Shown piece by piece: positions 57,567 through 64,000 of a stretch of DNA of 64,000 nt (the first letter of the stretch is position 1; each line of letters starts with the position of its first letter). The position numbers and the translations under genes were made by a program. This DNA comes from Terriglobia bacterium (GTDB lineage Bacteria > Acidobacteriota > Terriglobia > 20CM-2-55-15): the NCBI GenBank assembly GCA_965198225.1, contig CBDAOY010000006.1:928001-992000 (forward strand). The letters run 5' to 3'. Below the pieces are notes generated by a model. That model was not told where the DNA came from. It saw only the letters and a program-made list of their open reading frames with translations, and ran no database searches.

Positions 57567-60295
57567 TGGTTTTCGAGTTCCGTGGTCCAGTTGAGGACGA
57601 CCGTGAGTGAGGGCGTCTCTCTCGACGTCGGACTGTCTTCTTCAGCAGGCGCGACGATCAGGAAACGCTGGCCATCGGTCGTGACAGCGTACGGACTATC
57701 CAGGGGGTCAGTTGTACCAATGGGCGGTTCGAATAGCGCGGCCGAAACGCCAGCTTCAAAGGTCCCGTCCGTCCGGACCTCTACTGCCATCAAACTGCCG
57801 TCGGGTGTGAGATAAAACAGCTCTCTTCCATCCCCGCGCCACCGAGGGTGCATCCCGCCATTGATCGAAATCTGCCACTTGTCACCGGTTGCCGGGAACC
57901 GCTGCACGTACACTTCATAGGGGCCGGATTCGTTGGAGGCGTAAGCGATCCAACGAGCGTCGGACGAGAATCGCGCGTGCAATTCGCTGAATTCCGTTTG
58001 CAGGAAAACATAAGGCTCCGAATCCCTATCCAGCGGCAACACCCATATATCGGCCCGGGGGGCACCGCCACGCTGATAGGCAAGGAAACGGCCGTCGGAA
58101 GACCAATCCATCGCAAAAACGCCGCTCGAATCAATCGGGCTGAGACGGGCATCCGCCGCAACCAGACTGGCATCAGCTTGAAGGAGCAGTTCGTCGTTGC
58201 CAGAACCAAAGGAGGTCTTCCGATAAAGGCTATTCGGTCCATCCCGATTCGAACTGAACACGATCTGGGTTCCATCGTGCGACCAGATCGGCCGAAATTC
58301 TCGTACAGCGTCGAACGTGAAACGCGGTGAAACACCACGGTCCAAGTCCATCGTCCAGATGTCCTGATTTCCGGTCAGCGGATCTACTGACTCGAAAGCC
58401 AGCCGCTTCCCATCAGGCGACAGTGTGGGGGACTCGTAGGCACCCGGGCCACCGATTCTTCCGAGTTGCCTACCACTTCGATCGAACCAAACGAATTCTT
58501 CTAGGGCGGTATCGAAACCACCCAAATACACGAGAATTCCATTCTCGGACGTCGAGAAATCCGCAACTCCCGCGTTGCTGTTGACCACCTGTTCCGCGAC
58601 AGGCGTCGGCTCGCCGGAAAGCTGCATCTGCTCGATGTCAAATGCCTGGGCCATGAGTGTTCCGTCTCGAACAAACACAAGGTATCCCGGGCGTGCGTAC
58701 TCCGCTCTCGAAGTTGACCGGAAAAGAAATCTCGACTCCTGCGAATCCAGCGACGCCACGTAGACACCCCTATTTTCCAAATTTGTGCTGCTTGCAAAGT
58801 AAAGGAAGTGGCGACCGCCCGGTAAGAAGTGCGGGCCGGCGTGAAGCCGCTCCTCCCTGGCAGCGTCGAGATCCGTCACCGGAGTCGCCGGTCCACCCGA
58901 TGAGGAGATACGGTACAGGCGATTCTGATTCGTGAAGACGATGGTGTCATTCTCGTTCCAGGTTCCACCATAGAAAGGGGCCCCATCGGAAAGTGTTTGT
59001 GGTGGCCCGCCGGAGACCGCAATTTTATTGAGTTTGCCTTGAGCGAAAAACCCGATGGAGCGGCTGTCGGGTGACCAAAACGGGTAGGAGGCTCCCTCAG
59101 TTCCAGACAACACCTGAGCGGTGAGGGAATCGAGCGGGCGAATCCAGAGAAGGGTTCTGCCCTCAGATTCAGCCAGAAAAGCAACTAAGCCTCCATCAGG
59201 TGACACGGCCGGACAAGTTTGGCAGGCGAGTCCTGGCGCCCTTAATATCGCTCCTTCGGGCGCAGCAATGCTAAAGCGCACTGCCCTTGGTTCTTCCAGA
59301 ACTTGACCCAGATACCACCTGCCAAGCACCACGACCAAGACAACCAGCACAGCGGTGGCCGCGATCCATGCGATCCGCCCTCGATTTTTCGAGCCAACCT
59401 CGACGGTGCTCGTGCTGACAGACGCACTGCCCTCGGTGACCCATTTCAACTCGTCCAGGAGATCACCTGTACTCTGCCAACGGCCGTCAGGATCCTTTGC
59501 CAAACACTTCTTCACTGTGCGATCCAGAGTAGTTGGGGAAATTGGCTGGAAATCGCTCACCAGTGGGGGCACGTCCTTGAGGATCGCCCCAATCAAGCTC
59601 GCCGGACTCGCTCCGTCAAACGCTTTCTTACCCGTGACCATCTCGTAGACGACGGCCCCGAATGCGAAGATGTCGGTTCTGGGGTCGGCTTCTTTGCCTT
59701 CGAGTTGTTCGGGTGCCATGTACTGGAGGGTGCCGATGATGGTGCCTTCTGCGGTGAGGGGTGTGGATGGGTCTTGTGTGGGCATCTGGGAGAGCGGTGA
59801 TACTGTGCCGGCGTCGCCCTTCAACTTGGCCAGCCCGAAGTCGAGCAGCTTCACACCCGCCGACTTGGTCAGCATGATGTTGCCGGGTTTGAGATCCCGA
59901 TGCACCACGCCCTTTCGGTGGGCCTTGTCGAGTGCGTCGGCGATCTGGATGGCATACTCCAGCGCCTGATCGACCGGGAGCCGTTCCTTCTCCAGCCGTT
60001 GCTGGAGCGTCTGGCCCTCGATCAACTCCATGACGAGGTAGTGCGTCCCGTTCTGTTCGCCGATGTCGTGGAGCGTACAGATATGCGGGTGGTTGAGGCT
60101 GCTGACAGCCCGGGCTTCGCGCTCGAAGCGTTCCCGGCGTTGGGGGTCACTAGCGAGGTGTTCGGGAAGGACTTTGATGGCAACGGTGCGGTCCAGGCGG
60201 GTGTCGGTGGCGCGATACACCTCTCCCATACCGCCCGCACCGAGTTGGTCGGCGATTTGGTATGGGCCGAGTCGCGTTCCTGCCGTGAGGGCCAT
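57563..60295 (-). CDS. Ser/Thr protein kinase with TM helix and TolB-like propeller
   Basis: Full Hanks kinase motifs; N-terminus nearly identical to 47304 gene; SPDG repeats. Confidence 0.92.
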   Translation of the reverse strand: MALTAGTRLGPYQIADQLGAGGMGEVYRATDTRLDRTVAIKVLPEHLASDPQRRERFEREARAVSSLNHPHICTLHDIGEQNGTHYLVMELIEGQTLQQRLEKERLPVDQALEYAIQIADALDKAHRKGVVHRDLKPGNIMLTKSAGVKLLDFGLAKLKGDAGTVSPLSQMPTQDPSTPLTAEGTIIGTLQYMAPEQLEGKEADPRTDIFAFGAVVYEMVTGKKAFDGASPASLIGAILKDVPPLVSDFQPISPTTLDRTVKKCLAKDPDGRWQSTGDLLDELKWVTEGSASVSTSTVEVGSKNRGRIAWIAATAVLVVLVVVLGRWYLGQVLEEPRAVRFSIAAPEGAILRAPGLACQTCPAVSPDGGLVAFLAESEGRTLLWIRPLDSLTAQVLSGTEGASYPFWSPDSRSIGFFAQGKLNKIAVSGGPPQTLSDGAPFYGGTWNENDTIVFTNQNRLYRISSSGGPATPVTDLDAAREERLHAGPHFLPGGRHFLYFASSTNLENRGVYVASLDSQESRFLFRSTSRAEYARPGYLVFVRDGTLMAQAFDIEQMQLSGEPTPVAEQVVNSNAGVADFSTSENGILVYLGGFDTALEEFVWFDRSGRQLGRIGGPGAYESPTLSPDGKRLAFESVDPLTGNQDIWTMDLDRGVSPRFTFDAVREFRPIWSHDGTQIVFSSNRDGPNSLYRKTSFGSGNDELLLQADASLVAADARLSPIDSSGVFAMDWSSDGRFLAYQRGGAPRADIWVLPLDRDSEPYVFLQTEFSELHARFSSDARWIAYASNESGPYEVYVQRFPATGDKWQISINGGMHPRWRGDGRELFYLTPDGSLMAVEVRTDGTFEAGVSAALFEPPIGTTDPLDSPYAVTTDGQRFLIVAPAEEDSPTSRETPSLTVVLNWTTELENQ

Positions 60296-60349
60296 AGGCT
60301 ACCCGCTGCCTGTCGTGTGTTTTTCGCCAGGTTCTGGGAAACTGGCTAA

Positions 60350-60378
60350 ATAGTACGGCAGGAAGGGTTTGGGGTCAA
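60350..60378 (-). promoter_or_regulatory. Sigma70-type promoter of the kinase operon
   Basis: TTGACC-17 bp-TACTAT followed by TTAGCCA..TTTCCCAG as at 47378-47423. Confidence 0.65.
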
Positions 60379-60437
60379 CGAGGGCGGAGCACAATCGGAT
60401 AACGGCGGGATTCGGAAGCGCAGAAATCATCTGATGG

Positions 60438-61004
60438 CTAACGCGGCATTCCCCAACGAGCCTTCAGGGCGTTGTATCGCGTGGCCATTCCGGGATCGGC
60501 CAGCGCATCAGCAAGTTCGGCCACACGGGGATCAAGATAGCCGCAGTCCAGTTCGCCGTGCTTGTGACGAAAGATCCCGTCGATGTCTTCCTGATCCCGG
60601 GCTCTCGGAGAAACGATCTTATGCAAGATGAGATCTTCGGGCGAACAGATTCGAACATCCCGATCCTTGATGGGGATCAGCTTCACACGAGCGATGGCTT
60701 CATTCTCATAAGGGAGGGCGGCAAGAATCAGGTCGACCGGCACTTTGTCCACTACGATCGGTAGTATTCGTGTGTCGGCAACAAAATCGATTGGATTGTC
60801 CACTCGAACCTCGAAGATCTTGGACGCCAGGTTGATCAGGTTTTCAACTTCGTTGTCGTCCACCGAAATTGTGACGTCCAGATCGCGCGTGAAACGCGGC
60901 TCCCCCCAGATCGTCACGGCAAACCCCCCGATGACCATATAGGGGATATTCCGATCGTCCAGCCAGGATGTCAGGGTGGTGAGGGCGTCGTCCAGCTCAG
61001 GCAT
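60438..61004 (-). CDS. Nucleotidyltransferase (AbiEii/DUF6036-like, putative TA component)
   Basis: IGGFAV...PRFTRDLD, EDLILHK...RARDQEDI. Confidence 0.8.
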   Translation of the reverse strand: MPELDDALTTLTSWLDDRNIPYMVIGGFAVTIWGEPRFTRDLDVTISVDDNEVENLINLASKIFEVRVDNPIDFVADTRILPIVVDKVPVDLILAALPYENEAIARVKLIPIKDRDVRICSPEDLILHKIVSPRARDQEDIDGIFRHKHGELDCGYLDPRVAELADALADPGMATRYNALKARWGMPR

Positions 61005-61251
61005 TCCGGGGCGCCGTTGACAGGCCGGAAAGACGCTGCCGAACTCTGTGGAGTGTTCGAGCCTTGTCTTGAAGATTATCAGCGGAATCGGTCTGGCCGG
61101 TGTGCTTGAGTGCAAACCGGAGCGCCGACCCATACCACGCGACGCGTTCCTCCAGGGTCAGATCCGAACCTTCGATCGACGATTCCCAATGGTGAAATGC
61201 CTTCCACTGGGCTTCGCGTTCTGCGAACGCCGACATCCGATCGATATCCAC
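60997..61251 (-). CDS. Small protein overlapping the nucleotidyltransferase start (putative antitoxin/partner)
   Basis: 84 aa, 8-bp overlap with the NTase gene; paralog at 26094-26386. Confidence 0.65.
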   Translation of the reverse strand: MDIDRMSAFAEREAQWKAFHHWESSIEGSDLTLEERVAWYGSALRFALKHTGQTDSADNLQDKARTLHRVRQRLSGLSTAPRNA

Positions 61252-61879
61252 AACAATATGTTAACTCACACTGGTGCAGGGCGGTCCGCTCAAACGAAAG
61301 ACGGGCAGTGCCGTACCACGGTGAGAGGGCTTTTGTTCTTCGGTGGACGGAACCCAGGTTCGCTGTGGCGTTCACCTGAATCCTTCTTGCTCTATGGTGT
61401 TCCACGCTGTTTTGTTCCCCTTTTGTTCCTCTCCCGCCCAGGAGGTATCAGTCAGCATTACTCGGCGGTGCTTCTACCGCGCCACGCGAGACGAAGCCGG
61501 AGCATTCATGACCGATTTCCATTCACGCAACAGTAGCCGCTGGCGTTCCCCTTAGGCGGAGGCTATTGATCGTAGCAAGGGGGATGTCCAGCAACCTTTC
61601 CCACTGCCCCAGTTACTTTGGCACGCCGATCCCAATCGAAAGGAAGCAGTCAACAGGTGCCGCCGCCACACCCAAAGTGTTGTCTGGGTAGGAATCCCGC
61701 AGTAGACTTGGTCAGGAATGTCTTGACCCATTGAAGACAGGAGGGATCGTTTTCTGCAAAACGGCCCCGAGGTTGGAATCCTTGCCCTCGGGCGGGGGAT
61801 CGCTGGAATGCGATCTCAGAAATGGTCGTTTCTTAACGGAAAGCGTAGTTAGAATTTTTCGAGGAATAGGGAGATCAAG

Positions 61880-62923
61880 ATGTCGAGAGAGCGGCGGCGG
61901 TATTTTGGCAGGGGACTGGACGTGGGGACCTCTTTTGTTCGCTGTGCTGAGATGCAGGGACAGGAGATCGTGTCGCGTTCCGAACGAAGCGCGTTCATCG
62001 ACCTGAACCAGGCGGCGGACTTCACGGAAGGCATGCTCGGGATGGCGCAGCTCGATTACGCGAAGAACGGCGACCAGCTCCGAATCGTCGGGACCAAAGC
62101 CATCGAGTTCGCAAACATTTCCCAGACGGATGCCCGAAGACCCCTTCGGAGCGGTTTGATCAGCCCGTCGGAAGATGAAGCCCTCCCGATGATGGAACTC
62201 ATCGTCAGAAACGTTGCCGGTGAAGCAAGGCAGGGCGGGGAACCGTTGTACTTCTCGGTTCCGGGCGAGCCTCTGGACGCTGAGGTGAACCTGGCCTACC
62301 ACGAGAAAACCATCAGCGGGATCTTGAGGAAGCTGGGCTACAACGCCAAGCCGATCAATGAAGGGCTTGCCGTAGTCTTTTCCGAGCTCGCCGAGCAGCA
62401 ATTCACCGGGATCGGTATGTCGTTCGGCGGCGGCATGGTCAACGTGGGCTTCGCTTACCGGTCACTGCCGCTGCTGACTTTCAGCCTGGCCCGAGGAGGG
62501 GACTGGATAGACGAGAAGGCCGCCCTGGCTCTCAGCGAGAGCTCCAGCCAGGTTTGTCTCCTGAAGGAGTCTTCGCTCGACCTGAGCAAGGGAGAAGACG
62601 GCTCCAATGCGCACAACGCTCTGTCGATCGCCTACGATGAGCTCATCGGCTACGCGGCGGATGCGATGAAGGACGAAGTTTCGAAAATGGTGGCCGTCTC
62701 GTCGATGAAGGATCCCTTGCCGATCGTACTGTCGGGAGGGACGGCAGCTCCCCGGGGTTTTGCCGAGCGGTTCACCGCGGCGCTGAAGCAGAGGGACTTT
62801 CCGCTCGAGATCGCGAGAGTTCAGGTAGCCAGAGACCCGTTCGGGGCCGTGGCCAAGGGCGCCCTGACCGCCGCACGGGTTGAGGGCGGGAGGCTCGAGG
62901 AAAGCGAGGCGGGCACGGCCTGA
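61880..62923 (+). CDS. Actin-like ATPase, resembling haloarchaeal volactin
   Basis: Phosphate-1 GLDVGTS, INEGLAV, SFGGGMVN, RGGDWID, adenosine motif VLSGGT, AKGAL; GGAG RBS. Confidence 0.8.
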   Translation: MSRERRRYFGRGLDVGTSFVRCAEMQGQEIVSRSERSAFIDLNQAADFTEGMLGMAQLDYAKNGDQLRIVGTKAIEFANISQTDARRPLRSGLISPSEDEALPMMELIVRNVAGEARQGGEPLYFSVPGEPLDAEVNLAYHEKTISGILRKLGYNAKPINEGLAVVFSELAEQQFTGIGMSFGGGMVNVGFAYRSLPLLTFSLARGGDWIDEKAALALSESSSQVCLLKESSLDLSKGEDGSNAHNALSIAYDELIGYAADAMKDEVSKMVAVSSMKDPLPIVLSGGTAAPRGFAERFTAALKQRDFPLEIARVQVARDPFGAVAKGALTAARVEGGRLEESEAGTA

Positions 62924-63125
62924 AGCGAAGCCGGAACCGCCCAGGCGGGCACAGCAGCTTCCCTACGCTCCCGGCCATCTTTGTCGATCACTAAGCCAAG
63001 GGGTCTAAGGGAATCTTGCTCAATCTTGCAGTGTGCGCGTTGCCAGGAATTTTTCTTCCCTAACGCGCTTGTTCTACAGGCGGGGTTCGGAAACACGAGC
63101 CCAACGGCCTGAAAGGGTTTTGTCG

Positions 63126-63494
63126 ATGATTCTAGAGCGCGCTTCAAAAAGCACCCACGAAAACACAAGCGACACCGAGTTTTTGGGCTACCAACTTTGT
63201 GTCGAGCAAAGAACAGGCGTAATTCGAATCGGGTTTGAGGAATTCTCGGGGGTGGGAGGCAGACGACTCACCCTAAGCCTGCCAACGGATGTCGCAAAGG
63301 AACTAGGGCGCAAAATCCTGCATGCGGCGGCCGGTCAGGACGGCCGTATCGAAATCCAAGAGGTCTTGCACAAGGCGAGTGCCGAGAGGATCAAGGACCT
63401 CACTCCGCGCAACAACCGAACTGCAAGGGAACAGAAGACAGCAGACGGGCACGAGGTCGTCCCCAGCAATGTTGTCCCGTTCCCGAGTGGTTGA
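63126..63494 (+). CDS. Hypothetical protein
   Basis: ORF downstream of the actin-like gene; no recognisable motif. Confidence 0.4.
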   Translation: MILERASKSTHENTSDTEFLGYQLCVEQRTGVIRIGFEEFSGVGGRRLTLSLPTDVAKELGRKILHAAAGQDGRIEIQEVLHKASAERIKDLTPRNNRTAREQKTADGHEVVPSNVVPFPSG

Positions 63495-63574
63495 CGTGAA
63501 TCGACGGTCGTCGTCTAAGACGATTCGATAGTTTCCTCAATGGCCCGGCAAAAAGAAGCGTCTTGTTTCGATCT

Positions 63575-63712
63575 GGTCGTGGAAGATCGCTATGGACATG
63601 TACAACTTTGACCGTCCGATGGAGTCAAACCCGGACGAGTGACCACACCGGAGTGACCTTTAGGCCCGGGAAGACCTCCGAGTTAGTCGAGTCTAAGAAT
63701 AAAATTCACTTC
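63575..63712 (+). pseudogene. 3'-end remnant of a DUF4440 lipoprotein gene plus downstream flank
   Basis: SWKIAMDMYNFDRPMESNPDE* and following ~70 bp match 50662-50800. Confidence 0.75.
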
Positions 63713-64000
63713 CAATCGAGTCACCCACCCGAGCCGCGACCGAGGCAGCCGAGTCACTCGACCCCGCTTGCCTCGACACCGACTCGGTTCACCGCCTCGA
63801 CTCTAAGCTGTTGATTTCAAGGGATGACTCGACGGACGCGGCCTACTGGGGGTGATGGAGTATTCGGTCAAGGCGAGAAAGTCATTGTGGGTAGTTGAAT
63901 CGGCGAAGGAGGTCTTGAAATCGAGGATCTGAACGGAGGGGGTCCCATGCGGGGCGACCAAGCATGGTGGGAAGCCGATCACCTTCTTTGTACGCTTGCT

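Noticed and set aside
61880-62923. MamK/magnetosome or plasmid ParM system
   Set aside because: No mam/mad genes, parR or parC repeats nearby; motifs fit the volactin-like family better.
1-64000. tRNA, rRNA, riboswitch or prophage genes
   Set aside because: None recognisable by eye; a tRNAscan/Rfam search would be needed to exclude small RNAs.

Overview
GC-rich bacterial DNA with an Acidobacteria-like gene repertoire (inferred from gene content only). In order: a CHRD gene and a cytochrome c/PQQ dehydrogenase; a tandemly duplicated DUF1592-type cytochrome + DUF1552 + ankyrin cassette split by a Uma2 nuclease; several hydrolases; a 10-kb block (exported atypical kinase-like protein, Omp85 barrel, two STAND-like ATPases, TPR protein, CadC-like regulator, small beta-barrel); frc with a PanE-like gene; a damaged IS256; three Ser/Thr kinase-beta-propeller paralogs; SnoaL/DUF4440 and NIPSNAP-like exported proteins; an amidase broken by an IS4 fragment; a nucleotidyltransferase TA-like pair; and a volactin-like actin. 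The main non-genic signal is a GTAG-type REP/REPIN family at 7 loci plus one degenerate copy. It is translated in-frame at the N-termini of both ankyrin genes, supplies a stop codon to one gene and sits where the core of a GNAT gene is missing. There is also a 267-bp CTAG-flanked MITE, heptamer repeat arrays and many gene scars. Some lesions may be assembly artefacts. No rRNA, tRNA or CRISPR array was recognised.
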